This document shows, one piece after another, positions 51,356 through 61,161 of a stretch of 64,000 nt of DNA. The DNA is from Caulobacterales bacterium. GTDB lineage: Bacteria > Pseudomonadota > Alphaproteobacteria > Caulobacterales > Caulobacteraceae. Position 1 is the stretch's first letter, and every line of letters begins with the position of its first letter. The position numbers and the translations under genes are program-made. The notes below the pieces were generated by a model, which worked only from the letters and a program-made list of their open reading frames with translations, was not told the origin of the DNA and made no database searches. Where the stretch lies: contig JBBRZO010000007.1 in assembly GCA_038236615.1 (NCBI GenBank), forward strand, positions 25,780 to 89,779. Direction: 5' to 3'.

Positions 51356-51492
51356 GTCATCCTAGGCCTTGTGCCTAGGATCCCGCGTTCAGCTCGCTGC
51401 GAAGACGACGATGAAGCCAGGTCGACGCTGCCCCCACAGCCATTCTCACGTGCGGCGGACAGCGGGATCCTAGGCACAAGGCCTAGGATGAC
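51356..51492. repeat. 137-nt REPIN-like element (family A)
   Basis: Same perfect 29-bp terminal inverted repeats as 4701 and 31452. Confidence 0.93.
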
Positions 51493-51549
51493 GGCGGTGG
51501 GTTGGGTCCGGGACTTGAGCCCACGCCCGACCCGGTTCAAAACCGCGCC

Positions 51550-52329
51550 ATGACCTATCAGACCCTGCTGATCGAAAACCCTTCCCCCGGCGTGACCCTG
51601 GTGAAGCTGAACCGCCCCGAGGCCCTCAATGCGCTGAATAGCCAGCTGCTGGGCGAACTGGCCGATGTGCTGGCCAAGGCCGCCGAGGACGAGACTGTGC
51701 GCTGCCTGGTGCTGACCGGCTCGCCCAAGGCCTTCGCGGCCGGGGCCGATATCAAGGAGATGTCGGACAAGTCCTACGCCCAGATGTTCAACAGCAACTT
51801 CTTCGCCGGCGCGGCCAGGGCGCTGGAGGGCTTCCGCAAGCCGATCATCGCGGCGGTCGCAGGGTACGCCCTCGGCGGCGGCTGCGAACTGGCCATGATG
51901 TGCAGCTTTATCATCGCCGCCGACACCGCCAAATTCGGCCAGCCGGAGATCAATCTGGGCGTCGCCCCCGGCATCGGCGGCACCCAGCGGCTCACGCGGT
52001 TTGTCGGCAAGTCCAAGGCCATGGACATGATCCTGACCGCCAGGATGATGGACGCCGCCGAGGCCGAGCGGGCCGGCCTGGTCAGCCGGGTCGTGCCGGC
52101 CGACCGGCTGCTGGACGAGGCCCTGGAGGCGGCGGCCAAGATCGCCTCGCTCTCGCCCCTGGCCGTGATGATGAACAAGGAACTGGTCGAGGCGGCCTAC
52201 GAGACCACCCTGACCGCCGGTGTGGCCCTGGAGCGGCGCCTGTTCCACTCCCTCTTCGCCTTCGAGGACCAGAAGGAGGGCATGGCCGCCTTCGTCGAAA
52301 AGCGGAAGCCCGACTTCAAGGGCCGGTAA
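51550..52329 (+). CDS. Enoyl-CoA hydratase
   Basis: [48 protein letters not shown]. Confidence 0.95.
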   Translation: MTYQTLLIENPSPGVTLVKLNRPEALNALNSQLLGELADVLAKAAEDETVRCLVLTGSPKAFAAGADIKEMSDKSYAQMFNSNFFAGAARALEGFRKPIIAAVAGYALGGGCELAMMCSFIIAADTAKFGQPEINLGVAPGIGGTQRLTRFVGKSKAMDMILTARMMDAAEAERAGLVSRVVPADRLLDEALEAAAKIASLSPLAVMMNKELVEAAYETTLTAGVALERRLFHSLFAFEDQKEGMAAFVEKRKPDFKGR

Positions 52330-52747
52330 CCGACTTGAAGGCCGCCCGGCCTTCCGGCGCGGCCAGCCATTGGGCGAAGGCCTTGGCCGTGGCCTCGCCC
52401 GCGCCCTTGGTCACCACCACGGCGATCGGCGCGTCCTTGGGTCCCAGGGTCCAGCGGTTTTCCAGCGGCGCGCGGCGAGTGCGCTGCAGGTTGTCGGCCA
52501 GCCGGGTCTCGCGGGAGATCAGCACCCGCGCCCCGTCGGTCTCGGCCAGGGCGTAGAGTTCCGCGGCCGCGCCCGGCGTCAGGGTCCAGCGCAGGCCGGC
52601 ATGGCGGCTCTGATAGGCCAGCAGCGCGCTTCTGGCGGCCGCGTCCAGATCGGGATCGGTGATCACCGACAGAGACGTTGGCTTGGTCTCACAACCCGCC
52701 AGCACGGCCGTGGACACCAACGAGGCCAGCAGGGTTCGGCGGTGCAT
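52316..52747 (-). CDS. Short lipoprotein, ModA-like substrate-binding fragment (143 aa)
   Basis: MHRRTLL...VLAGC signal/lipobox; C-terminal [17 protein letters not shown] typical of ModA-type binding proteins. Confidence 0.6.
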   Translation of the reverse strand: MHRRTLLASLVSTAVLAGCETKPTSLSVITDPDLDAAARSALLAYQSRHAGLRWTLTPGAAAELYALAETDGARVLISRETRLADNLQRTRRAPLENRWTLGPKDAPIAVVVTKGAGEATAKAFAQWLAAPEGRAAFKSVTGP

Positions 52748-52875
52748 GAGAGTCCTTTCAACGACTTGGCGCCGTCTGCGCATTGACCAGGGGGCCCAGG
52801 TTGCGTATATCGCCCGGCTTCCAATTCAGCGGCGCCCTTTCTTGGGCGTCCAGTCCGTTCGAGGTTTTCTAAGCC

Positions 52876-53145
52876 ATGGCCAACAATCCCGGCGCTAAAA
52901 AAGCGATCCGTAAGATCGAGCGCCGCACCGAGGTCAACAAGGCCCGTCGCTCGCGTGTCCGCACCTTCCTGCGCAAGTTCGAAGAGGCCCTGACCGGCGG
53001 TGACGCCGGCGCCGCCAAGGCCGCCTTCGTCGAGGCCCAGTCCGAACTGATGCGGGCCGTGTCCAAGGGCGTGGTTCACAAGAACACCGGCTCGCGCAAG
53101 GTCTCGCGCCTGGCCGCCCAGCTCAAGAAGATGGCCGCCGCCTAG
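52876..53145 (+). CDS. rpsT: 30S ribosomal protein S20
   Basis: [35 protein letters not shown]. Confidence 0.98.
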   Translation: MANNPGAKKAIRKIERRTEVNKARRSRVRTFLRKFEEALTGGDAGAAKAAFVEAQSELMRAVSKGVVHKNTGSRKVSRLAAQLKKMAAA

Positions 53146-53224
53146 TCTTGGGGCCGTCAACGCTTCCTTCCTTGTAAGGAGGGACGGCGCACTTCGCAAA
53201 GCGCTGATATATCAGAGTTTTCAG

Positions 53225-53256
53225 ACCGATCCGGCCCCAGGCCGGGTCGGTTTTTT
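53225..53256 (+). terminator. Rho-independent terminator after rpsT
   Basis: ACCGATCCGGCC-CCA-GGCCGGGTCGGT followed by a T run. Confidence 0.75.
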
Positions 53257-53278
53257 CGCTTGACCGGGGGCCCGTTCG

Positions 53279-53437
53279 GAGTCCGTCGCACAGGGCGCCT
53301 GCGGCCAATTAACCCTGCCTGAAACTCGCCCCGCTAACGAATTCCCTTGCCGGGCGAGGGGTCCTCGCGAGTCAACAGAAAGATTCGCCCGAGTCGAAAA
53401 TTTTCCCGTTTGACCCCCCCAAAGAGGTGGCTAGTGT
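53279..53437 (+). promoter_or_regulatory. Putative dnaA promoter with clustered GANTC sites
   Basis: GANTC at 53279, 53369, 53382, 53391; TTGACC at 53410 and GCTAGTGT about 53430. Confidence 0.6.
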
Positions 53438-53614
53438 TGGGCCACAGACGCTTTTTTCCTTCCTCAGTCGGATGAAACCAAAGGCGGCGGCGAATGCTTA
53501 CGCATACGCCGCGCGGGGAAGCTTTTCCCTGTTTCTGAAGGGCCTGAGCCGCCGCGGGGGGTGGTGCAGGTTGTGGGTTTGGGCGTGACCGGAACGAACA
53601 GAAGTGAGGGGCCA

Positions 53615-55063
53615 ATGATGACAAGGGGCGCTCAAGGCATGCCTGAGCTGACGCCAGCCGATACCGTTTGGACCAAGGCCTGCACGGCCCTGCGTCGCGA
53701 GCTGGGTGAGGCTGACTTCGGGTCCTGGCTGAGCCAAGCGGCCCTGCGGGAGGGCGCCACGGGCGCCCTCGTCCTGGTGACGCCTACCGGCGTCGCGAGG
53801 GACTGGATCCGCCGTAACGCCTGGCGCCGCATTGCCGAGCTATGGGCTCAGAACGACCCGCAGGGCCGTCATCTGGACCTCAAGTCGCGCATGGAATTCG
53901 AAGCCCAGGCCGGCGGCTCTTCCGCAACGAATGCCGCGCCGCCGATCGTCGTCTCGCCGCTGGAAATCGCCGACCCCGTCTCCACCGATGTCGCCCCCGC
54001 CGCCGGTCGCGGCCGCAGCCCCGCCCTGGGCGGCTTGCAGGAGCGCTTCACCTTCGACACCTTCGTGGTCGGGCCGGCCAACGAATTCGCCTATGCCGTG
54101 GCCAAGCGCGTGGCCAGCTGGGCCGACGGCCACTTCAACCCAGTGGTGATCCACAGCTCCTACGGCTTTGGCAAGACCCACCTGATGAACGCCATGGCCT
54201 GGGAGGCCATGCGCACCCAGCCCACCCGCAAGGTCGTCTATCTGAGCGCCGAGCGCTTCCTGTCGACCTTCGTGCGGGCCGTGATGGACCGCGCCACCGC
54301 CGCCTTCAAGGAAGAGCTGCGTGACGCCGACCTGCTGCTGATCGACGACGTGCATTTCGTCGGCGGCAAGCAGTCGACCCAGGAAGAGCTGTTCCATACC
54401 CTGACCGCCCTGATGGAAGACGGCCGCCGGGTGGTGTTCTCGACCGACCGGCCCCCGTCGGCCATCACCGAGATCGACGCCCGCCTGCGCAGCCACCTCT
54501 CGGCGGGCCTGGTCTGCGGCATCGAACCGGCCGACCGCGACCTGCGGCTGGGCATCCTGGAAAAGAAGCTCGAAACCCTGGGCCGCCAGCAGGGCTTCGC
54601 GGCTGCCGCCCGGCCCGAAGTGCTGATGTTCCTGGCCGACCGCTTCACCGACAGCGTCCGTGAGCTGGAAGGGGCCCTCAACACCCTGGTCGCCCGCGCC
54701 GGCGTCGGCGTCAGCAAGCTTTCCTTGGATGAGGCCCAGGCCATCCTGCGCCCGCACCTGCGCGGCGCCGAGAAGCGCATCACCATCGACGACATCCAGA
54801 AGGCCACCTCCGAGCATTTCGGCCTCAAGCAGGCCGATCTGATCAGCGAGCGCCGCAACCGCTCCATCGCCCGCCCCCGCCAGGCGGCCATGTGGCTGGC
54901 CAAGCAACTGACCACCCGCTCCCTGCCCGACATCGGCCGGCGCTTCGGCGGCCGCGACCACACGACCGTGCTGCACGCCGTGCGACGGATCGAGGAACTG
55001 AAGGCCGGCGATGCGCAGCTAGCGCGGGACCTTGAGGCGTTGGCTCGGAAGCTGCGGGGCTAA
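53615..55063 (+). CDS. dnaA: Chromosomal replication initiator DnaA
   Basis: FDTFVVGPANEFA, YGFGKTHL, LLIDDVHF, SVRELEGAL, GGRDHTTVLHA; start set at MMTRG. Confidence 0.98.
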   Translation: MMTRGAQGMPELTPADTVWTKACTALRRELGEADFGSWLSQAALREGATGALVLVTPTGVARDWIRRNAWRRIAELWAQNDPQGRHLDLKSRMEFEAQAGGSSATNAAPPIVVSPLEIADPVSTDVAPAAGRGRSPALGGLQERFTFDTFVVGPANEFAYAVAKRVASWADGHFNPVVIHSSYGFGKTHLMNAMAWEAMRTQPTRKVVYLSAERFLSTFVRAVMDRATAAFKEELRDADLLLIDDVHFVGGKQSTQEELFHTLTALMEDGRRVVFSTDRPPSAITEIDARLRSHLSAGLVCGIEPADRDLRLGILEKKLETLGRQQGFAAAARPEVLMFLADRFTDSVRELEGALNTLVARAGVGVSKLSLDEAQAILRPHLRGAEKRITIDDIQKATSEHFGLKQADLISERRNRSIARPRQAAMWLAKQLTTRSLPDIGRRFGGRDHTTVLHAVRRIEELKAGDAQLARDLEALARKLRG

Positions 55064-55070
55064 TCCCTAG

Positions 55071-55235
55071 TTCCTCGCCCGTTGGGCGAGGGGGACCACG
55101 AAGTGGTGGAGTGGGCCCTTCCGACCGCACATCGGGCGTGATTACGCGCCGTGCCGTGGACGTACATGTTTCTAAGTGCGGTCTGAAGAGCCCACTCCGT
55201 CGGCTTCGCCGCCACCTCGCCCAACGGGCGAGGAA
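55071..55235. repeat. 165-nt family E element
   Basis: TTCCTCGCCCGTTGGGCGAG...CTCGCCCAACGGGCGAGGAA. Confidence 0.9.
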
Positions 55236-55248
55236 CGCAAGAACTGCG

Positions 55249-56352
55249 TTAAGCCTTACCAGCCTTCCTCAACGACGCCGAGATCGCCTTCAGCCCCCCC
55301 GCCAGCTCCGCCGGCAGCGGCCAGCCGTAGCCCAGGCGGAAATAGCGGTCGTCCTGCTCGAACCAGTGGCCCGGTCCGACATAGCAGCCGTGGATGTCGT
55401 TCAGGGTGGCGTAGAACACCGCCATGTCGACCTCGCCGACGATGCGCGGGAAACAGACGCAGCCGCCGGACGGCTTGACCCATTCCAGCATCGGCTCGCC
55501 TTCGATCCAGGCCGCCACGCTGTCGAAGGCCGCCTTGAGCGGAGCCTGGACGCTGGCCATCCAGGCGTCGGCCTGGCTGTAGGCGGCCAGGCCGATGGCT
55601 TCGTCCACGACGCTGCCGCAGATGCCGATCTGCTCCTTGGCGCACAGGAAGCGATAGTTCAGCCCCCGGTCGCGGCTGATCACCCAGCCCAGGCGAATGC
55701 CGGGAATGCCGTAGCTCTTCGACAGCGAGGAGACGCTGATCAGCTTCTCGCTGAGCGTCGCGGCGACCGGCGGCTTTTCCACGAAGGACATGTCGCGATA
55801 GGTCTCATCGACCAGCACATGCACGTCATGGCGCTCAGCCATCGCCGCCACGGCCCGCAGCGTCTCCGCCGACAGCGCGACACCCGTGGGATTATGCGGG
55901 GTCGTCAGGCTGATCAGCCTGGTCTTCGGCTTGATCATCGCCTCGAGCCTGGCCAGGTCCAGGGCGAAGCCGTCCTCGAACTTCAGGTCCAGGCACTCGA
56001 CCTCGCAACCCAGGATGCGCGGGGTCTCGATGTTGGTGGCGTAGTTGGGCCGCACCACGATCATGTGGTCGCCGCGGTCCAGCAGGGTCACCGCCACGAT
56101 GAACAACGCCGCCGCGGCGCCCGCCGTCAGCAGCACCTCCTCCGGCTTGACCCCGGCTCGCGCCGCAATCGCCTCGCGCAGCGGCGGCAGGCCCAGATGG
56201 TCGGTGTAGCAGAGGATCTGGTCGTTCAGGTCCAGGCCAAGCTCGGCCAGGGTGCGGTCCCGCAGCGAGGATTCCGTCAGGTTGAACTTGATCTTGTCGT
56301 AGCCGAGCTGTTCGGGCGACTCCGCCTCGATGAGCATGCGTGGAAAACGCAA
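55249..56352 (-). CDS. PLP-dependent aminotransferase class I/II
   Basis: TPHNPTG, DETY, SLSKSYGIPGIRLGW; start could be TTG 56352 or ATG 56337. Confidence 0.9.
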   Translation of the reverse strand: MRFPRMLIEAESPEQLGYDKIKFNLTESSLRDRTLAELGLDLNDQILCYTDHLGLPPLREAIAARAGVKPEEVLLTAGAAAALFIVAVTLLDRGDHMIVVRPNYATNIETPRILGCEVECLDLKFEDGFALDLARLEAMIKPKTRLISLTTPHNPTGVALSAETLRAVAAMAERHDVHVLVDETYRDMSFVEKPPVAATLSEKLISVSSLSKSYGIPGIRLGWVISRDRGLNYRFLCAKEQIGICGSVVDEAIGLAAYSQADAWMASVQAPLKAAFDSVAAWIEGEPMLEWVKPSGGCVCFPRIVGEVDMAVFYATLNDIHGCYVGPGHWFEQDDRYFRLGYGWPLPAELAGGLKAISASLRKAGKA

Positions 56353-56379
56353 AGGCGGAGCCCCCTCTAAAACGTCAGA

Positions 56380-57276
56380 TCAGTACGACTTACCCGGCAT
56401 CTTGTAGAAGGCGAAATAGTCCAGCATCCGCTTCCAGCCATCGGTGGCGGCCTCGGCGTTGTAGCTGGGGCGGTAGTCGGCGTGGAAGCCGTGCTGGGCC
56501 TCGGGATAGACGATGATCTGGCTGTTGGTCTTGCGGCCGTCCACCAGCGCCTGGCGCATCTTGTCGATGTCGCTCTGGGGATTGCCGGCGTCCTTGCCGC
56601 CATAGAGGCCCAGCACCGGGCATTTCAGCGACGCCGCCAGCTCGATCGGCCACTGCCGCTCCGGCTCGGAAAGGAACCCGCCCGGGGCCGGCCGGGACAG
56701 GCGGCCATACCAGGCCACCCCGCACTTGAAATATTTGTAGCGCTCGCAGGCCAGCCAGACGACCGCTCCGCCCCAGCAGAAGCCGGTAATGGCCATCTTC
56801 TTGGGATCGACGAAACTCTGTTTGGTCAGCCACTGCACGCTGGCGTCCAGGTCGCTCATGACCTGGGCGTCGGACTGGGCGGCGACGATGCGGCGGATCT
56901 CGTCGAAGTCGGTGATCGGGGCCGGATCGCCCGTCCGCACGAAGTAGTCGGTGGCCATGGCCACATAGCCGGCCTTGGCCAGGCGGCGGCAGATGTCGCG
57001 GATATATTCGTGGATGCCGAACACTTCCGAGACCACCAGAACGGTGGGGAATTTGCCCCGCGCGTTGGGCCTGGCGACATAGGCCGGGATGGATCGGTCG
57101 GCGGTCGGGACCATGACGGTCTCGCAGACCAGCCCGACTTCGTCGGTATGGATCGGATCGGCGTCGGCCGAGAAGGCGGCCACCGCATAGCCGGCGAAAA
57201 ACAGGCCGCCCAGCGCGCGGCGCGAAAAGTTGAAGTCGCCGGGCAGGGGCCCTTCGGGCCGGTTGAGCAGGATCAT
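56380..57276 (-). CDS. Dienelactone hydrolase family protein (Tat-like signal)
   Basis: SEVFGIHE, TGFCWGG nucleophile Cys, YPEAQHGF, SRR in leader. Confidence 0.93.
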   Translation of the reverse strand: MILLNRPEGPLPGDFNFSRRALGGLFFAGYAVAAFSADADPIHTDEVGLVCETVMVPTADRSIPAYVARPNARGKFPTVLVVSEVFGIHEYIRDICRRLAKAGYVAMATDYFVRTGDPAPITDFDEIRRIVAAQSDAQVMSDLDASVQWLTKQSFVDPKKMAITGFCWGGAVVWLACERYKYFKCGVAWYGRLSRPAPGGFLSEPERQWPIELAASLKCPVLGLYGGKDAGNPQSDIDKMRQALVDGRKTNSQIIVYPEAQHGFHADYRPSYNAEAATDGWKRMLDYFAFYKMPGKSY

Positions 57277-57350
57277 TGAGGCAGCTCCTCCACTATTGCC
57301 GCCACCCTATCCCCGGGGCCCGCGGGAGGGGAAGAGGTGACAGTCCGGAA

Positions 57351-57953
57351 CTATGCCGGTCGCGCCCGCCGAAGGGTCAGATTGATCCGTCCACCGCCTG
57401 GAATCAGCCGCGAGGAGCCCGACAGCAGCCGGTCCACGCCATGGAAGGCCAGCCGCGCCTCGCCGGCCAGCAGGCAGACATCGCCGGAGCTGAGCTTCAG
57501 CGAACGGGTGGGGTCGGCGCGCTTGCGGCCGCCGATGCGGAAGACGGCGACATCCCCCAGCGAGACCGACAGCACCGGGAAGCCGAAGTCGGCCTCGTCA
57601 CGGTCCTGGTGCAGGCCCATGCGGGCCCCATCGCGGTAGAGGTTGACCAGGCAGGCGTCGGGCGGCGTCACGGGGTCGGCCAGCTCGGCCCAGAGGTCGA
57701 GCAGCAACGGGGGGATGGGCGGCCAGGGCCGGCCGGTGACCGGGTGGGCGGGCTCATAGCGATAACCGGCCGTGTCGGTGGTCCAGTTCAGCGGCCCCAG
57801 GCCGGTCATCTCCACCCGCATGGGCAGGCCGCCGGGCGTGATGGGGCGGTAGAAGGGCGCTTGCTCGGCGGCCGTCAGCACCGCCTGGACGAGGTCGGCC
57901 TGGGCCTGCGCGTCGAGGCGGCCGGGCAGGTAGCGGAAGCCGGGCAGGATCAT
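57351..57953 (-). CDS. alkB: AlkB-family Fe(II)/2OG dioxygenase
   Basis: PDACLVNLY, MGLHQDRDE, VLSVSLG, FHGVDR, RINLTLRR. Confidence 0.92.
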   Translation of the reverse strand: MILPGFRYLPGRLDAQAQADLVQAVLTAAEQAPFYRPITPGGLPMRVEMTGLGPLNWTTDTAGYRYEPAHPVTGRPWPPIPPLLLDLWAELADPVTPPDACLVNLYRDGARMGLHQDRDEADFGFPVLSVSLGDVAVFRIGGRKRADPTRSLKLSSGDVCLLAGEARLAFHGVDRLLSGSSRLIPGGGRINLTLRRARPA

Positions 57954-58022
57954 GGATCTTCGATAGCGCATGGCACGTCAGAAAGCCGAGCCCCACGGCA
58001 TTGCCGCGTCCGGAATCCGCCG

Positions 58023-58787
58023 CTAGCGAGGCGCTTGGTGGCTGGCCTGAAATGCCCGGCGAAATTGCGTCAGCTCGGCGCCCTCGACATCCGACACCGC
58101 CCAGAAGTCCAGCCCGTCCGCCCGCCAGTGCTGGACCGAATAGCTGGTCGGCCGGGCGAAGGGCCAGGACCAGCCGCCGCCGCCCCTGTTGTTTGGGGGC
58201 AGGATGAACAGGTTGATGACATGGGCGCGGCGTTTGTAGACCACCGCCGCCACGGTCCGCCCGCCGGCATAGTCCAGTCGGCCGCCCACCAGCGGAAAGC
58301 CTTGCGGCGCCAGCTCGGGCACCGGCGGGGCGAAGTCGACCCGGCCGTTGAACCATGGCCGCACCACATGCCGGTCCGACGTCGCCACATCGATCAGATG
58401 GCCCGGCTGCAGCGAGCGGACATGGCTGGCCACCAGCTCCTGCTCCAGCCCCGTGGGCGCGGCGACCATGGGGGCCATGACCAGGGCGGCGGCGATGGCC
58501 CCGCCGAGGCCCCAAGCCGCGGGCAGCCAGCGGAGGGCGGGCGGACGGACGGGCGCGCGAGCCTCGCGGTCCAGCATCGCCTCCACGCGACGGCGCAGGG
58601 CGGCGGGGGCGGGCGACGACAGGGCGGGGTCGCCCAGCCGCTCGCTCAAGGCCTGCAGGCTCGCCAGATGGGCGGCGCAGCCCGGGCAGTTCGCCAGATG
58701 GCTTTCCAGGGCGATGGTGTTGGCGGCGTCCAGCTCGCCGTCCAGCAGGGCGTGCAGAAGCGGCTCGCGGTCGGGGCAGGGCGTCAT
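58023..58787 (-). CDS. Zinc-finger transmembrane anti-sigma factor
   Basis: ALLDGELD..HLANCPGC ZAS motif, one TM, HVVRPWFNG, LVGGRLD periplasmic domain. Confidence 0.9.
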   Translation of the reverse strand: MTPCPDREPLLHALLDGELDAANTIALESHLANCPGCAAHLASLQALSERLGDPALSSPAPAALRRRVEAMLDREARAPVRPPALRWLPAAWGLGGAIAAALVMAPMVAAPTGLEQELVASHVRSLQPGHLIDVATSDRHVVRPWFNGRVDFAPPVPELAPQGFPLVGGRLDYAGGRTVAAVVYKRRAHVINLFILPPNNRGGGGWSWPFARPTSYSVQHWRADGLDFWAVSDVEGAELTQFRRAFQASHQAPR

Positions 58788-59386
58788 GCTTCGCCTCCCT
58801 TCAGCGCCGAGGCCAGCAGGGCCCGGGCGCGGGCCAGCCGCGACATCACCGTGCCGATGGGCGCGCCGGTGATCTCGCCGATCTCGCGATAGCTCATATC
58901 CTGCAGTTCGCGCAGCACCAGGGTTTCCCGGAAGGGGTCGGGCAGGGCGTCCACCGCCGCCAGCAGCGCCCTTGTGTCCCCCGCCCGCACCAGCGCCGCC
59001 TCCGGCCCCTCGGCGGGATCGGCGGCGCTGGCCTGGGCCTCGTCATCGGCGACTTCGCGCGAAGCCCCGCGCCGCCGGGCCCAGTCCAGGAAGCTGGAGC
59101 GCACGATGGCCAGCAGCCAGGCCTTGGGATCGCCGCCCCGGAAGCCGCCGAAGCCGCGATAGGCCCTCAGATAGGCCTCCTGCACCAGGTCCTCCGCCAC
59201 GGCCGCGTCGCGGCAGAGATGCCTGGCGAACCCGAAGGCGGCGTCCATGTGCGGCAGCATCAGCCGCTTGAAGCCATCTGGATCGGCCGCCTGGGCGGTA
59301 GCTTCCGCAACCACACGCAGCCGCCGTCCCGGCCGTGCGGCGGCCAGGCTGAACAGCGGTGGAAAGGCGAGGACGCGGGCTGACAT
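58784..59386 (-). CDS. ECF sigma-70 factor
   Basis: AEDLVQEAYLRA, KAWLLAIVR, LPDPFRETLVLREL, GTVMSRLARAR; start uncertain. Confidence 0.93.
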   Translation of the reverse strand: MSARVLAFPPLFSLAAARPGRRLRVVAEATAQAADPDGFKRLMLPHMDAAFGFARHLCRDAAVAEDLVQEAYLRAYRGFGGFRGGDPKAWLLAIVRSSFLDWARRRGASREVADDEAQASAADPAEGPEAALVRAGDTRALLAAVDALPDPFRETLVLRELQDMSYREIGEITGAPIGTVMSRLARARALLASALKGGEA

Positions 59387-59408
59387 ACGGACCTGGGTTC
59401 GTCCTGAC

Positions 59409-59735
59409 TCAGGTGACGGTTACGCGGCCGGTCATGTGCGGGTGGATCGAGCAGAAATAGCCAAAGCTGCCCGCCGTCTTGAAGGTGAAGGAGAACCGCT
59501 GGCCGGTGTCGAGCACCTGGGAGCGGAAGGCGGTCTTGTCGTCCGACACGACGGTGTGGGGGATGTCGTCATCGTTGACCCAGGTCACGGTAGTTCCGGC
59601 CGGAACGCTGAGCTCGGCGGGGGTGAAGACGAAGTTGGTGATGTGGACAGTGACCGGCGCGGGGGCCGCTATCGACCCGATTGGCAGGACGAGCAGGGTC
59701 AGCGCCAGAAGGACGCGGGAGAGAAGCTTGGACAC
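59409..59735 (-). CDS. Cupredoxin (plastocyanin/amicyanin-like)
   Basis: Signal peptide, WVNDDDIPHTV, YFCSIHPHMTG type-1 copper ligands. Confidence 0.93.
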   Translation of the reverse strand: MSKLLSRVLLALTLLVLPIGSIAAPAPVTVHITNFVFTPAELSVPAGTTVTWVNDDDIPHTVVSDDKTAFRSQVLDTGQRFSFTFKTAGSFGYFCSIHPHMTGRVTVT

Positions 59736-59799
59736 TTGAGGATCCTTTTCGGTGAGAGGGCTGTCGCAAACGGAAGTTTCGCGAAAATCCTCCCCCTGC

Positions 59800-60033
59800 G
59801 GGCTAGCGGATTCACATATCGGGCAGACGGCCCAAGCCCTTCCCCCGCTCGCGGGGGAAGTGGCCTGAGGCGCGCAGCGACGAAGGTCGATGGGGGTCCT
59901 TGCGGCGGTGGGGGTGCATCAACCTCAGCAAAGAGCCCCCAACGAGCCTCCAGCTTCGCTGTCGGCCCACTTCCCCCGCGAGCGGGGGAAGGGCTGGTTG
60001 GCGTGCCCGGCATCTGTGTGAATGCGGTAGCCC
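59800..60033. repeat. Family B element (59835-59995) inside an outer palindromic shell
   Basis: Outer arms GGGCTAGCGGATTCACA (59800-59816) and TGTGAATGCGGTAGCCC (60017-60033). Confidence 0.85.
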
Positions 60034-60082
60034 TACGGGTGAGGAGAGCGCGGAGCCGCACGGCTTCATGTTCCTGGCCAGG

Positions 60083-61015
60083 CTAGGCGAGGGGTTTGTC
60101 GACGACGGCCAGGTCGTGGCGGCCGCGGACCAGGCTGACGGTGCGCAGGCCCAGCAGGCCGCGCAGTTGCTCGGCCGGGACTTTCAGCGGGCCGGGTGAC
60201 GGCGCGGAGCCGGGCGCGGGCTGCGGGAAGGCGGTGGAGCGGGCGGTGTGGAAGGCGATGTGGCCTTCGACCTTCTGGATGACCTGGTGGATATGGCCGT
60301 TCAGCACGGTCACCGAGCCGAAGCGGCGCAGCAGGCTGAGCGCCGGCTCGGCGTCATCGGTGCCCCAGCCCCAGGGCTCGTAGACGGTCCACAGCGGGAT
60401 GTGGGTGAAGACCACGATCGGCTGGCTGGCCGGGCGGCCTGCCAGATCCTTCCGCAGCCAGGCGATCTGGTCGGCCCCCAGATGGCCCATGCCGCCGGCC
60501 TGCAGCTGCTTGACGTTGACCAGCCCGACAAAGTGGACGCCGCCCTGGTCGAAGCTGGACCAGCCGTCGCCGATACTGCCCTTGCCGTAGCGGTCCAGGA
60601 AGGCCTGACCCTGCCCCTCGTCCAACATGTCGTGCTCGCCGGGGACGTGGAAGACGGTGAGGCCCGCCTCCCCCAGGATCTGGTCGGCGTCGTCGAACTC
60701 GTTCGGCCGCGAGAGCTGGCTGACATCGCCGGTGTGCAGGATGAAGGCGGGCTTCTGCGGCAGGGCGCGGATGGCGGCCACGGCCTCGCGGAAGGTGGCT
60801 CTGGCGTCCGGGTTGGGGTCCTTGGCGAACCCGATATGGCTGTCGCTGACCTGCACGAAGCTGAAAGCCCCGGCGGCGGGGGTGGCGAACGCTTCCCCCA
60901 GCGGGACCGAGGCGGCCAGGCCGCCGCTGACGGTCCACAGCACGCCCGTGCCGGCCCAGGCGGAGCATTCCAGAAAGCGGCGGCGACCAGGATCTGGTGG
61001 GGTATCGTGTGGCAT
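60083..61015 (-). CDS. Tat-exported calcineurin-like metallophosphoesterase (Icc/CpdA-like)
   Basis: GRRRFL Tat signal, VSDSHIG, HTGDVS, VPGEHD, FTHIP, NGHIH. Confidence 0.92.
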   Translation of the reverse strand: MPHDTPPDPGRRRFLECSAWAGTGVLWTVSGGLAASVPLGEAFATPAAGAFSFVQVSDSHIGFAKDPNPDARATFREAVAAIRALPQKPAFILHTGDVSQLSRPNEFDDADQILGEAGLTVFHVPGEHDMLDEGQGQAFLDRYGKGSIGDGWSSFDQGGVHFVGLVNVKQLQAGGMGHLGADQIAWLRKDLAGRPASQPIVVFTHIPLWTVYEPWGWGTDDAEPALSLLRRFGSVTVLNGHIHQVIQKVEGHIAFHTARSTAFPQPAPGSAPSPGPLKVPAEQLRGLLGLRTVSLVRGRHDLAVVDKPLA

Positions 61016-61046
61016 GGCGCGTCCGTTTGGTTGGTTTCAACCAGGG

Positions 61047-61074
61047 AAGACGCGGGCACGGGCAGACTTATTCC
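61047..61074 (-). promoter_or_regulatory. Putative ECF-type promoter
   Basis: Minus strand GGAATAA-N15-CGTCTT about 30 nt upstream of the metallophosphoesterase ATG. Confidence 0.6.
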
Positions 61075-61161
61075 CGGACGGGGCGTTTCTGACAAAAGCT
61101 TCATGATGGCGGGCCCGTGCGAGCCACTAGTTTGCCCTCGCAATCCCTGGGGAAGACTTCG

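Noticed and set aside
53146-53614. Replication origin between rpsT and dnaA
   Set aside because: No TTATCCACA/TGATCCACA cluster or AT-rich unwinding element seen; the Caulobacter origin is known to lie near hemE, which is not in this window
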